Source of the DNA: Octopus sinensis
Lineage: Eukaryota
NCBI RefSeq assembly: GCF_006345805.1
Contig: NC_042998.1
Location: forward strand, 16,492,001 to 16,556,000
Direction: 5' to 3'
Length of the DNA: 64,000 nucleotides
Both the position numbers and the translations under genes were made by a program. The notes below the pieces were generated by a model that saw only the letters and a list, made by a program, of their open reading frames with translations, was not told the DNA's origin and did no database searches. Below are positions 1-14,544 of the stretch, in pieces. The first letter of the stretch is position 1. Each line of letters starts with the position of its first letter.

Positions 1-2479
1 TTGCATATCTTAGACTGTATTACATTTGCGTTGGGAAAATAGAGTAATATTTTATGTTATATGTCTCTAAGTATTCATCTTCCCAGTCATGTTGCTATAT
101 TTCCACTACATAACTGCATTATAGGTGTTCTAAGTGATGAGATTCCGTGAATATTTAAGCATATGACCTTTAGGCGAATTGATGTGTTATTTCTGATTTT
201 GAATATAGAAACCTTTTCATTAATACATAATTGAAAACAATTTCTACAGCTTTTGTACCGTCCTCTATTTGATATTGTTTAAAGTGAGAGTATCAATCTC
301 ATATTTTATTTGATTTTGTTTTTATTTCGTATTTCTGACAGATGAAATATGGATGATATATTTTCCTGTAAATTCCACTTTCCGCAGATTCAACGTAGGT
401 TACTGATATAAAAGTTAATTACAAATTTGTCTTATGCACGATAGGAAATAGCTGCCCTTCGCCAAAGATATTAGTTGAATTGAGTATCAGAAGCTATTTG
501 TTCATTTCCTTTCATATAGGTTGCTTTAATCAGATCGGAAATATACAATTATTTTAGACTATATAACATTTAAAATCTTAAAGACTTTCTAAGATAAAAT
601 GTTACATTTAAACGATGAGTTAGATGCACCCTAACGGACAAAAGTTATTCATTCGATGCAATAGCAAAAAAATATACCTTGGTATCATGTCAATAATTGG
701 TCTTTAATATAGTTGTCACCTGTAATATTACAGTGCTTGCAGGTACTGTAATATTCTTACACGTTGTCTTAGTAGACATATACACATACCAAAGAAACAC
801 CTATTAAACAACAATACTTATTGAACTAGATTTCCACCATCGATACTCAGTTTCGATAACAAATAACATCAATTAAAAGATTAAATATGTCTTTGAAAGT
901 TCCACTGATACTGCAATGAATGTTTAGAAGAATTAGTTATAGTCTTAAAACCTTTTATCCACTAGTACGAAATATCGAGAAAATATTATGTTGTTGACAA
1001 CACAGATCTCAATCTGATGTTTCTCATTACTAATCTTTTCCTTGTCTCTTTGAATTTTAAAGATATCACTAATAAGACCTGTTTCATAACAAAGGAAATA
1101 AGCGACCGAGACTGAAATCGTATAGCAAAATACAAATATATGATTAGTTAGAAATTGAAACCAATGCTACCTAGCGAAAACTACAGTTAATATGTAAGCA
1201 CGATATACGAAGTCTGCAAAGTAAATTTCAATGCCAGAATTTCAACCACATTTGTTTCTTCATAGAAATAAGGAATGAATACAAACATGGAATTGATAGA
1301 ATAACTGGACTTTGAAATGATTTTGGAAATCATCATTTGATCCAGCCATAAAGAAACGGTAATACAATTACCAAATTCAAAGTAAGTATAAACGCCCAAA
1401 GATAATTTGGCATTAAATGATATCAGTTTGAATATATATTTTCTAGTACTAGTTTGTTAAAGCAGGAGTTGATTGAAATGATCACGTTAATATCAACTCG
1501 AATGTATCTTATATTTTCGATTATCCTGCTCAGTTTTTCCTCGACCATTAGGCTGTTTTAAGCTTTATAGCTTTTGCAATTTATACTCACAAACTTTTCA
1601 GGTAATGCAATATACCTGATACGAATAGGTAATAATATCATCTGAATTTCGAACATGTCTGTCGCTTGACAAGAAAAAGATATATCATTACGGGAAAATA
1701 TTATTAAATATGTCCCACTCCACTATGTGTATCAAATAGTCTTACTTTTACTCGTATAGAAGCCTTCTCCCATAGTCTTATAATATCCATATACATACAT
1801 ATACAAACATGCGAACACACATATACACACAAGGACATACACTAACACCAATACACACACACACACACACACATGCACACACACATACACATACACATAC
1901 ACACAAATACACGCATTCACCTCGGATGAGGAAAACGATTTCTCACACAGATAAACTGACATAATTTGTCATGTTTTATTAAAGGGTTCTCCGATTATTT
2001 TTTTTCTCTTCTGTGATCGTATATTTTTCCTATTTTTAAGTTTTCGTTTTACAGTTATCATGATGTCTGCTTATCAATGTTATCCAAATTGGTTTTCATA
2101 AACATTTATCTTACTGAACTAAATCTCCATGAAGCATGTTACAGTTTACGCAGCTTTCTTGGTTCTCATATGTGTGATATTTTGTCAATTGCATAACGCT
2201 TTAATCATTGGAGTCTATATTTCTCAATCTAACACATGCCTTTTATTGGCACATGCTATATCAATTTCTCTAATTGCATTGATCTTCCTCTACGTTTTGC
2301 AGTGGCAGCTGGAAACTAAATGACCATATTTTTTTCTGTCATTATTATCTTATCTCGAAGTGGAACCGAATATGGAACATTCGAATAGACACTGTATATT
2401 ATGTTTTTAAACAAATTACATTCTCGTTCTTTGAGAGTGTGGTGCAGAAAATATGAATACTAAGCGAGTACAGTAAGTG

Positions 2480-3990
2480 CGGTCAATATAGGTTTTAAGA
2501 CCTATTAACGAAAACAAAAAAAAACCAGCCTAGTAGGTATAAAATGTGTGCAGAAAACGAACATGAAAAAAGAATTGCGAAAAATAACGTGGGATGGCGG
2601 AAGAGGGCATTTGGAAAATTCCCAAGATCCGATTTTACATCCATAACTTTCAGGAGGATTGATATCTCTGATGAAAGTTCATAAAAAATACGTTCAAATG
2701 TTACAAATTAAGATTATAAACAAATTTCTGAAGAAAATGTTTTCCGAAGTGGTGGGGAAAGGACTATCGGAAGATTAACACGATCTGTTTTACAGATACA
2801 CATTTCAAACTTTCTGTCGGAAAGTTCACACCATCCGTTTTTTAAACTAAGTCATACCCACGAATTTCACTAAAAGAAAAAAAAAATCACGATTTATCGC
2901 GTGGAATCAAGTTGCCTGACCTCCTACACTCACGAAAATCCCTTATTTTGCTAGTTCGAAAAAAGGGGGATATGGGGGAGGCCACACCCCCTCCACTGCC
3001 GCAGATATTTTTGGAATATCTTTTCGTAGAAGGAATTACATTGAGCTCCAAATATGTCACAAAACCCTTTTCTTTTGTCCGGAAAACTGGATGGGGTGGT
3101 GTGGCGAAGAATTCTGGGTAATTGTTATTGCCACACACACATACATGCACACACATTTACATACACTCATATATACAAGTACTGACCCTCATGTAAAATT
3201 TTGCCGAAAAAAGTTCCCTGTGAAATGGGGGTGGATTTCCCTGTGAAATTACATTTTTGCTTTGAGGGGGGGGACTTCCGAGAGCTCCAACCCACCCCCG
3301 TTTCCTGGACAAAGAAAAAAAGGTATTGTGGCATATTAGTATCTCACCGTAATTCATTCTACAAAAAAAGAAAAAAAATTGCAAAATATCTGGGGCGGGG
3401 TGGTGGGGGTTCTCATCCGCCCACCTTTCCCGAGTCACCAAACTTTACGGGAAAGTAGGAGGTCAGGGAATTTGATTCCACGTAACAAAAAGCTTGTGGT
3501 TGTGTTGTGTTGGTGAAAAGCGTGTGGTTGCGTTGGTTAAAAAAAATAAGATCGTGTGAATTTTCCGACATTTCTCTCCCTAGGAATTTCATTCTAATCG
3601 TAATCTACGCTGTTGGAAAGGTGTTTCAGTAAAATTTCGTTAAAAAATATCCATTTTCCTGCGGAGAAACACACAGATCGTGTGAATTATGAGACAGTCC
3701 TCACTCCACCCCCTTCGGAATATATTTTCCCCAGATATTTTCTTTATAATCCTAATTCGTGTCACTTGAAAGGTACTTCTATAAAAATTTATGAATAAAT
3801 ATCCATTTGTCTGAAAGTTATGGAGGGAGAATCAGTTGTTGTTACCTTTCCGAAAGTCCTATTCCCCAACCCATCCCCCTACGTTCGTTTGCGCAATTTT
3901 TTTATATTCGTTTTCAACACACTCTTTTTAAACCTAGAAAGATGACATTCTTTGCTTTTCGTTAACGGGTCTTAAACTTTATATGGACCG
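2480..3990. mobile_element. Old foldback / long-TIR non-autonomous DNA element (about 650-700 bp degenerate arms)
   Basis: Segments of 2480-3130 match the reverse complement of 3260-3990: CGGTCAATATAGGTTTTAAGACCTATTAACGAAAA vs TTTTCGTTAACGGGTCTTAAACTTTATATGGACCG, CCATAACTTTCAG vs CTGAAAGTTATGG, CCTGACCTCCTAC vs GTAGGAGGTCAGG. The right end is followed by TA. Confidence 0.7.
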
Positions 3991-5589
3991 TAAGTGCTTC
4001 TATTATGCATGGAGGATGTATGATTTCGTCCCTATATATAATGTGAACTAAAACATACTAGCTCACAGAATCACACATACATAAATACATTTACATACAT
4101 TCATCCGTATTTTTTAGAAATTGATGCACACTGTTTTCAAAACATCTGATGAGTGCAATGCTCTTACTTATAGGCCTGTGAATACGAATTAAAATATTTG
4201 GATAACACTTTATTGGAACTCCATCTCAAGAAATCCGAAAGTAAGTCGTGAGAAAATACAAGGCAAGTAGCCGCTCAAAGTGTAGGTAGTCACAAAGGAA
4301 AAGGTAAAATGTGAAATTATTGATAAGTGATAAATTATGAAATGGTTAATTGATCTATGTATCATAAAATGAACAACGTAAGATTTAAAAGAATTTAATT
4401 ATTCATATCTATGAGGGAAATATTGTGTAGTTTGACACGCAACAAAATTTCAAGAGACGAAATCTGTTAGTAGAAATAGTAGAAAGAATTCCAACAGAAA
4501 TGGATACCAATCAAATGATGTGAACACTTGAAAAAAAAAAAAACGATCCGCTTCATTTGCAACATTCAGATGACATCGGTAAAAACAAATAATAATACGT
4601 AAGGTTTTTGAAAACGAAGAAAGTGGAGTAAATCCCCTGCAGCGACCGCAGTTTGTAAGTTTAGCCAGAGAAAAAGAAGAAATAATTTTAAAGATTTGTA
4701 ACTATATGATTGATTATGCACAATATTCAATAGTTAATACTGTTTGCACTGAGAAACAGATATACTATGTTAAATATACTTAAACAAAAGTAAATCAATA
4801 TCATACAGTATTCTAGGCTTCAGTTTTTGATATTCTGCCAAACTCATGTAAATTCTTAATATTCCACGTATATACAAGTATAGTAACCTGAGTAATATCC
4901 TGTAGTGAGAGAGAAATCTAGAATCAACAATTTAACAACCGTTTACATCTACATGGCTTGCATTTGTTTTCTTAGATAGTAACAACGGAATATATCATTA
5001 GTAATGCCATGAATAAACGAAAAAATCGGAAACGATAATATGAAATAGTTCAAGGGGTATTGCAGGTTAGAATGCATGGCAGCATAAATCCTAACTTAAA
5101 TTGGTATCTTAAATTCATACATATTACATAAGCGAAATTCATTTATACATACTATGAATTATTTGAACTAATTAGCATACACTCTCATTAACTTCTAGAC
5201 AATATCCATAGCCTTATGTTGCTTTCTAAATGTACAATATTCCATGCAAAAGGGTGTAGATGATTGATAAGCATACAGACATACACAAAATCTTTACCAG
5301 CAAAAGGCAGATCGTATTTGATCTTCATACAAGCAAGCATTAAATAAAATGTGCTTCCAAATGATTGTTCTATATTATTTCATATTATGCTTTTCATAAA
5401 ATCGTAAAGTAAGTACATACATTTGTTAAATATTTTTGAAAATTCTGCCAGAGTATTCCAGTAAACCTAATTACGTATATCCAAACACAAAGATACCTGC
5501 ACGTATTTCATGACAACTATATAGTGTTATATGCATTGCTGTGTACATACAATCATATCTACATACATATTCGTAAATGCATACAGCTA

Positions 5590-6051
5590 TCTAAACACAC
5601 GTAAACACACACTCACCCACCCACACACACACACACACACCACACACACACACACTCTCTCTCTCTCTCTCACTGGATATATATGTGCGTATATATATGC
5701 ATATATGTATATATATATATATACATATATATATATTATACATATATATATTATTATACATACATATATATATATTATACATACATATATATATATATAT
5801 TATACATATATATATATATTTATACACATACATATATATATTATACATACACACATATATATATATATATTATACATACATATATATATATTATACATAC
5901 ATAATATATTATTTTATTATATTTATATTATTTATACATATATATATATATTATACATATATATATATATATATTATACATATATATAGTATATATATTA
6001 TACATATACTATATATATATATATATATATATATATCTATATTATACACAC

Positions 6052-6092
<41 letters not shown>

Positions 6093-6095
6093 CAT
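5590..6095. repeat. Compound (CA)n/(CT)n/(TA)n microsatellite with degenerate TATATATTATACATAC-type higher-order units
   Basis: Read directly from the sequence; explains the overlapping Y/I/H/T-rich ORFs at 5531-6133. Confidence 0.95.
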
Positions 6096-7512
6096 AGAAA
6101 GAGATAAACGAATAGGCAGATAGATAGATACATAGATAGGGTTTGTGAAATGAATTCATTTAATTTATGAAAAATAATACATACTTGACTAGCCTAAAGT
6201 AATACTTACATAGATGTCTGTCGAATATTTGTAAAATGCATCAGCACTTCACAAACAATCGAGAGAAAAATATATGCATCAACTACGCTCATCAATATTC
6301 AAGCAACTAACTTCATCTATCTTTATATAATGTAAGGAGTGCATATATTAATGCAAATTGCCTTAAATCAACAGATTTTTCTATATTTATATAAAATAAA
6401 TATCGTTATATTTTTACAGTACAAATTGGATTGAGAGGAACATAAAACTATAAATCGTTTCTGGGACATTCTAAATCAAATTAAATTTCCATATCGAATT
6501 CTAATCTTTCCCTCGTACGCCATTCACGATTGGTTCTACATATTTCCATTTATTTATTTATTTTCAAGTTTTCTTTTATTCAAGCACTTCATCGCTGCTA
6601 ATTATTAATCCATACAGAATGTACTTCGAAAATGTCCTTATAGCATTATGATCAGATATTGGAATTACATATTCTCAGTTCTTAGGAAAAATCGAATAAA
6701 TAAACAAATAAATGTACATGTATATCTAAATCAAAGACTCATGCTATACTGATAAATACCAAAGATTAGTCCTAAACTGTATCGATTGCCGTTTTACCTA
6801 CATTTTACCAAATGGTGTAAGCATTTCTAGTTAAAATGCCTCTAGACTTATTAGACGTGTACACATTAGGTTCGGTATATATTTGTAATATGATATGCAG
6901 TTAATAGTAAGTAACAATGTGCAATTAAATTAAATTATACTTACAGTTGTTATGCTATACGTGTAAATCACGTATAGCATGATTCTAGAGCAGTATGATG
7001 TCTTTGTGATTACAATTATGTTCTTCATCGCTAATTTACATGTATTTAAGAAAACGTTTTCGATCTTATTTCCAAAGCTACTCTCCATTAGATGTCTTTG
7101 GGTTTCGTATCGTATTTTCAAATCGTCTTCGTTTATTTAGTCACGGTAAGGCTGGACAGTTAATTTTTATTTCAACAGAAAGTAATTCTTCGAAAATACT
7201 GGTATTTCATTATGTGACTGTTTGCTTGCATAATGAGATCTAGTTGTGATTCTTCAGGTGAAACCGAATTGTTGTTGCCGTTAATTCAAAATCATTCCAT
7301 CTCTCAGTCTTGGTGTGAATGGATGTGATTAAAATATAACTGTCCAAGTGTTTTCCTTCTTGTTGATTCCGATTTTTCTATTTTATACGTACACACAACG
7401 GATGCCCAAACGTAAACCTGAAACTATACAATAATGCTACCTGATATTGTTCGTTACTTCTGAGGGTGGACGAGCTATATAATATATTCTGCCATGTTCC
7501 TAACGGAAGATA

Positions 7513-7683
7513 CCACAACTATATAACATTGTCCCGAAAGAGATCAAAGAGGAACATGATCCCATCAATTTTAAACGGAGTCTAGATAGATTCCTTCAAG
7601 GAATACCAGATAAGCCACCCATAATTGGATACAACTCACCCAACAAAAACTCACTACTTGAATGGACCATCAGCAAAACTTGA
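7513..7683 (+). mobile_element. 3' fragment of a CR1/L2-group LINE ORF2
   Basis: Translates as PQLYNIVPKEIKEEHDPINFKRSLDRFLQGIPDKPPIIGYNSPNKNSLLEW*, matching the FKxxLDxFLxxIPDxP...NSL C-terminus of CR1-group ORF2. Confidence 0.7.
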
Positions 7684-8087
7684 CTTAAACAGGATTCAAA
7701 TAATCCTATCAGGTGGTGCTATTAAGTTAGACATGGCCTGGACCAATCTTTGGTCGACACATATCTAAGTCTAAGTTATATATTATATATATATATATAT
7801 ATATATCATTTAATGTACATTTATTAAAGATAGAAAGTTACTGGCTTCTAAGCTTCATACATTGCTGACGCGTGCCAAAGTAGTTTTCTACAACACGTCC
7901 TGTGTCTAAAATATGTTTTTACTATTAGAAGCTCATATCTATATTCCGTGTACATTAAACGCTATTTATCGCTGATTGGATGAAATACTGTTTTGTTGAT
8001 CTGACGTTAAAGGAAATGCATACTACGTATAATATATATGTATATATACATATTTATGTGTGTGTACATATATGTATATATAAAATA

Positions 8088-8169
<82 letters not shown>

Positions 8170-10776
8170 TTTTTGTATATATATATATATATGTATTTAT
8201 ATATATATATATATTTATATATATACACATTCATAAATACATACATGCGTGTGCTTTTTCTGTGCAAGTTGCCTACCACTTTGGAAGTCCTTTTCAATTA
8301 TCTATGATCTAGTGCAGACTACTTAATATCTTTAATTACAAGAATATATCAAACCGTCTATAACAAAATTTTCACTTGCCCAGAAAGCTGCAGATTTATG
8401 AAAATCATAGACGTCAAGTCTCACACTATTGGCAAGGAACTAGTCTGAGTAGACTTTCCTAATAGCATATTAATTATTATTGGCTATCGTTGTACGAAGG
8501 AACAGATACATTGATAGCGTATTAGTGATCGGCTGTCAATATATCTCTTATTGCTAGGTCGCGAGTGTCAGAAGACGTGACAAGTTGAAAAGCAGGAAAT
8601 GGAGCAGAATCACAGAGTATTTCTTCGACCAGTCGCTAAATTACATCGGCTATTTAGTAGACCAATAGTCGCCAAATTTTGAAGTACTCAATGGAATGTT
8701 GCCATTTTAGCAGTGTTTTACGTTGATCACCTTTTATATGTAGCTGTCAGTGTGTGTAGGTTTGCATATATGCTTATATCTAGATACGTATAAATGGGAT
8801 GTATTCTTTCGATAGATGTGTAGTTCCTTGTATTTTCTATTTAAAATAATTACGTTTTTGAACACCGATGTATCACGATATGTATTTAATTAATGTATCT
8901 TCGATAACTTGCCGCTTTTCGTTCGGAAATTCTTCGGGCAAAGCATGAAAAGATATTTTTTATAATCCCAATATTAAACGGTGTAATAGTATAAAAGAGT
9001 ATGTTTATGGTACCCAAATTGAATCGTATTCCAATGGCATAAAACGATATATTTATAATACCCCAATTAAAGATGCGGTAATACTTTACAATTTCAAATA
9101 ACTGGTATCATTTCTATATCTATTAATTAACTTTCTCTAACAAATTTATACTATGTAGGAATGATGCCTTAAATCAACAACACAAGATACACGACCTCCT
9201 TTGCATAGGAATATGCATGATGCTGAGTTAGCTTGATATAGCATCTAATAATTTCTAAATTGCTTACTTCAGAAATATATTTATGACTTCAACTACTTCA
9301 AAATAGAATGCTTAAAGAAGAAATATTGAGGAGTTACTTCTGAAATCTACAATTATATAAAACCTTCATAGTCGATACACCTGGTGGAAATGACCTTCAG
9401 ATAGGTCACAGTCTAAATATATGTAAACATTCATACAATATGTGCGTGCGTGTGTAAGCGTGTGCGTGTGTGTGTATAAATACATACACACACAAACACA
9501 CACCTACATACACAATCATATATTTCCTTTTCCTACTTGAACAATAATTTATGAACCTTTTGGCCTCTCACTTTGTATTTATGTTCAGCCCTGATTTCGC
9601 CTTATGTTTCAAACTTACGTTACATCCTTCTCTCCATTTCTTCCATTCTATATCTTCCATCATTCCACTTTTTTCTATCTTTCTGTCGCTCTACTTACCT
9701 TTTGCAGACCTGATAGACATCATTTTATTTTAGTGCTCCTTCTAAATATGTCACACGTAATAGCTGTGTCATAACTGTAAGGCCTTTAATTGCATGTATA
9801 TATATTTTAAATAGTAAAGTCCTCAATCGTTTTCTGTTATGTCTTGTATTTTATTGTAATTAATCGATTGTTTGCTTTGTAACATTTGCTCTCCATTTGC
9901 TCATTGATTCGCAGCAGCTTTTAACAGTTACCGCCTCTAAAAGTTTAATGATTTTTTACATGATAACCGAGGGGGAAACATGTCAACGTCACGTTATTTT
10001 TCCATGCGTTCCTTTATCGTTTTTCTTTGTAATCTATCAATCCTATGTGTGCGTGCGTGCATGTGTACATAGGTGTGTATGTATTATATATCTGTGTTTG
10101 TACGAGTGTGAGTGTGTGAATGCGTGCGTTTGTACTGACTATATCCCTTAACGAGGATAATAAATTAGTCAGTTACAATACGTTATCTGTTCGGAAGTCC
10201 CGCCCATTCTTCATAGTCATAAGAGTGCCCGAAGTACTTTTCCTAACTTAGTATACCAAATATTGTATTCTCACCAGTCTATAAGCAAATTGATTACGCA
10301 ACTTTAACACAGTGAGAGATGGTCACCTTTATCATATGATTAATTTACATTTTAATATTGTGAATCATGCAATATATGATGATTTGACTTTATAATCTGC
10401 TTCCGGTTTTTCTTAAAAACCATGTTATGTTTCATTGTAAATGGAACACATTTAAGACCTAGCGAAATAATATATGAAGGAACTCTCCTAGTTTTCTTTC
10501 AGTCTTTCTGTGCGTACTCTATGATCTTGCTATGTACAGTGACTAATAAAATAGAACTGTGACTAAAATAAGGATCCTCCACACAGTTTTTCCTTTGCAT
10601 AGAACACGTCACCATGATGTGCTATATGCTTGTTATCTGTCTAGTCTAAATACTTGCCAATTTTTCATGCTATTTCAATTTATATCGCATCATATAGTAT
10701 ATGCATGGGTGGGTGTGTTTATACCTTATGAGTATGTGCGAGGAGTGAGTATGTATGTATATGTATATATATATGA

Positions 10777-10808
<32 letters not shown>

Positions 10809-10827
10809 TATATACATATATATATAC

Positions 10828-10892
<65 letters not shown>

Positions 10893-10907
10893 CATATATA
10901 TATATAT

Positions 10908-11230
10908 GAGGTCCCGGGTTGATTCGGGGTAACCACAGTAAATAAGGTACTCAATACATAGCAGAGTAAAATTAATTTATTATATAGAAGGAGCTTCTAC
11001 AGGACTAGATGTTTCATTCAAGAGAAATCTTCAGGAAGATAGTAACAAGAATTGTATTGGCATTTATACATTTAGGCACGTTTAAAGGGGTGGTGGTGGG
11101 GGACTTTTTGGGGGTAGGCATAGCGCAAAAAAATCATACTTGGGGGAGTGGTCAAGGAGTCAGTGGTAAATTAGATAGAAGAATAAATAAAAGAATAAAA
11201 AAAGAGAATAAAAAAATATATAGGAGAATA
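10908..11230 (-). mobile_element. (TA)n-flanked short repeat carrying a hammerhead motif (Penelope pLTR / retrozyme-like), left copy
   Basis: 10975-11196 is the near-perfect reverse complement of 12646-12870 and is preceded by a long (TA)n array. Confidence 0.75.
10992..11040 (-). ncRNA. Type I hammerhead ribozyme motif, slightly degenerate copy
   Basis: Minus strand reads AUCUUC CUGAAGA UUUCUCUUGAAU GAAA CA UCUAGUCC UG UA GAAGCU. Core is intact, stem III has a 2-nt deletion and stem I has one mismatch relative to the 12803 copy. Confidence 0.6.
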
Positions 11231-11261
11231 GAGTTTTAGGTAAATAAGGAAATTCTCACTT

Positions 11262-11944
11262 ATACCTATACACATATGTATACATATATACACACACACA
11301 CACACATATACATACACACATACATACACACACACCCATATATATATATATATATATACACACATACACACACATACATATATCTACATATATATATATA
11401 GATATATATATATATATATATACATACACACATACATGCACATACACATACACACACATGTATATATACACACACACGACCACACATACACATACACACA
11501 TACACACACAAATCCACATACACACATGCACACACAACACACAAGTCCCTATATACTCATATATACATATACACATATATGTATATATACATATATATAT
11601 TATATATATATATACATACATATGTGTACCTATTCATACCTACACATACACACATATACATACAAATACAAACCCATTCCCTAATTTTAATTTTATCATC
11701 TTCATTTATTACTTTTGTTATCTTTGACCGCTGGTCACAAGCATCTTGGCTACGACAGCTAGTCCCTTTTATCTTTCTACTTGAGCACGCACACTCACTC
11801 ACGCACGCACACTCATTAGCACACACACTCACTCATTCGTACACTCATACACATACACGCACGCACACGTTATATTCATACATACATACATCTACATACA
11901 TACACATACAAATACATACACATACACATATACTAACATAAATC

Positions 11945-11997
<53 letters not shown>

Positions 11998-12392
11998 CAT
12001 ACATATACATACATACATATACATATATACACACACACACATACATACACATATACACATACACGCACATACACATATACATGCGTACCCATACACACAC
12101 ACACACGCGCGCATCCATATATACACATAAGTACACACATGCGTAAAAGTATACATTATCTATGCTTACACATACACACACACACGCTACTCCTATGTTC
12201 ATACTTACATGCATACTTAAAAAATAAGTAATAAAAAATATATATACGTGCAGTTATTCATACATGCATACCCAAAAAATAAATAATAAATAATAAATAA
12301 TAAATATAAATATATTACGTGCAGTTACCTATTATACAGACGGATACATATACATATAAACTTACACACACACAAATATTATATATATTATA

Positions 12393-12424
<32 letters not shown>

Positions 12425-12598
12425 CCACATACTTACACATATGTACATATACATACACACATACATAACTCTACGTACCCACATATACCTAAACACACGA
12501 GCGTACACGTATATGTACATATACACATACACATACACACACATATATACATACATACATATACATACACGCATATATACACATATATAATATACTAT

Positions 12599-12630
<32 letters not shown>

Positions 12631-12645
12631 CACATACACACATAT
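11262..12645. repeat. Compound (CA)n/(TA)n/(CATA)n microsatellite tract
   Basis: Read directly from the sequence; source of many low-complexity ORFs. Confidence 0.95.
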
Positions 12646-12864
12646 ATTCTTTTATTTATTCTTCTATCTAATTTACCACTGACTCCTTGACCACTCCCCC
12701 AAGTATGATTTTTTTGCGCTATGCCTACCCCCAAAAAGTCCCCCACCACCACCCCTTTAAACCTGCCTAAATGTATAAATGCCAATACAATTCTTGTTAA
12801 CTAGCTTCCTGAAGATTTCTCTTGAATGAAACAGTTCTAGTCCTGTAGAAGCTCCTTCTATATA

Positions 12865-12870
<6 letters not shown>
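12646..12870 (+). mobile_element. (TA)n-flanked short repeat carrying a hammerhead motif, right (inverted) copy
   Basis: Reverse complement of 10975-11196; followed by (TA)n. Confidence 0.75.
12803..12853 (+). ncRNA. Type I hammerhead ribozyme (predicted cleavage after GUA, 3' of 12847)
   Basis: AGCUUC-CUGAAGA-UUUC UCUU GAAU-GAAA-CAG UUCUAGUC CUG-UA-GAAGCU. Stem I is 6 bp, the CUGANGA and GAAA cores are canonical, stem II is UUC/GAA closed by U-U, and stem III is ACAG/CUGU. Confidence 0.8.
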
Positions 12871-12897
<27 letters not shown>

Positions 12898-12899
12898 CT

Positions 12900-13295
12900 A
12901 CAAAGAGGATTGACTTGATGCAAAAGACGGGCTACTGGGAGAGGCTACAGGAATGAGGCTCTATTCCCAGGACCAAATACGCGAGAGATATGCTGTGATA
13001 TATATTTGGAAGATCTTGGAGAGCTTCCCCCCCCCCCATCAATATTAGAATTGACAGCTATGCCAATCCTCGAAATTGAAGGCACTGCTTCATACCAAAG
13101 ATCCCGTCCTCCCCATTCTAAAATAAGGACAATAATCTGGGTTTCAGGGACTGCAACTGCCAGCAACATTAGAGACCTACATGTTGTTGATGTGGAAGTT
13201 TTCAAGATACGTCTATCTGACACATCAGATGGACAAACATCGCAGCAAGAGACGCAAGGAAAAGAAGCGCCATCCAACTCGCTATTTCACCATCA
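12900..13295 (+). mobile_element. 3' fragment of a CR1-like LINE ORF2 (frameshifted)
   Basis: Frames give YWERLQEMRLYS...RERYAVIYIWKILE...LRDLHVVDVEVFKIRL...SNSL, typical CR1-group C-terminal motifs. Confidence 0.8.
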
Positions 13296-13351
13296 AAAAA
13301 TAAAAGATAAAAAAGAAATTATATATCTATATCTATCTATCTATCTATCTA

Positions 13352-13388
<37 letters not shown>

Positions 13389-13451
13389 AATAAGATAGAA
13401 AATGCTAAAATATGTGTGTAGGTACATATGTATGTATTTATGTATGCATAT

Positions 13452-13856
13452 GATATATACTCTTTACTCTATTACTAGTTTCAGTCATTTGACTGCGGCC
13501 ATGCTGGAGCACCGCCTTTAGTCGAGCAACTCGACCCCGGGACTTATTCTTTGTAAGCCCAGTACTTATTCTATCGGTCACTTTTGCCGAACCGCTAAGT
13601 GACGGGGACGTAAACACACCAGCATCGGATGTCAGCCTATATGCTAAATACAGACACACAAACATACACACACACACTTATATATATATACATATATACG
13701 ACAGGCTTCTTTCAGTTTCCGTCTATCAAATCCACTCACAAGGCATTGGTCGGCCCGGCCCTATAGCAGAAGACACTTGCCCAAGATGCCAGCAGTGGGA
13801 CTGAACCCGGAACCATGTGGTTGGTTAGCAAGCTTTTTACCACACAGCCACTCCAT
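13452..13856 (-). mobile_element. tRNA-derived SINE family A with internal CA/TA microsatellite
   Basis: Minus-strand head has A-box TGGCTGTGTGG and B-box GGTTCAGTCCC, followed by CTTGGGCAAGTGTCTTC. Homologous copies at 18605, 24545 and 42570. Confidence 0.85.
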
Positions 13857-14117
13857 ATATATCATAAATAAAATGAAATGGAGAGTTGCATTTAGTCCTT
13901 TCTGTAAGCTCAGAAGGGAGAATTATTTTTTGCCATTTATATAAGCCTAGAAATTTTTCCCTAACATCATTTAAATTGCAATGAAAATTGCATTATGAAA
14001 TAACAAAGGTATATATTTCTTCAAGGCGAAAGTTCATACATACGTAGGGCTAAACCGGAGAATGTTTGCAAGTTGACATTCATTTAAAGAGGAATCTATC
14101 TCCTCGCACGACTCACG

Positions 14118-14118
<1 letters not shown>

Positions 14119-14176
<58 letters not shown>
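14119..14176. repeat. (AAT)n microsatellite
   Basis: Read directly from the sequence. Confidence 0.95.
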
Positions 14177-14177
<1 letters not shown>

Positions 14178-14265
14178 TATAAGCATATATATTTAAGTGT
14201 GTATGTATATATATGTGTGTGTGCGCGCATATATACATACACACACACATATATATATATATATG

Positions 14266-14544
14266 ATCCTTGGCATCATGTTTTTATTTTGATCAATTTA
14301 CTCCACCAACTACACCACCAAACGGTATACACAGGTGCTTATAATTATCAAGTACTCACCCCGAATTTCTGTACTCAACTCACCTACGTTGTCACCAGGA
14401 TTTGATCCTACGTAACCGCGACAACCTTTAGTACTTGACGAACCCAAGCATGAAGATACATTATGCATTGTTATAAATCTGTCTAATAAAGGTCCGAAAC
14501 ATATGTACCGCTGAATCCTTGGCATCATGTTTTTATTTTGATCA

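Noticed and set aside
342-394. Candidate plus-strand exon (xEIWMIYFPVNSTFRRFN) with good AG/GTAGGT sites
   Set aside because: No recognisable protein and no partner exons; such sites arise often by chance in AT-rich DNA.
4146-4190. CTGATGAG motif
   Set aside because: No downstream GAAA or compatible stems.
6749-6790. CTGATAA...TAGTCCTAAACTGTATC, possible very decayed hammerhead
   Set aside because: Both cores are mutated and stem II is broken; not supportable from this copy.
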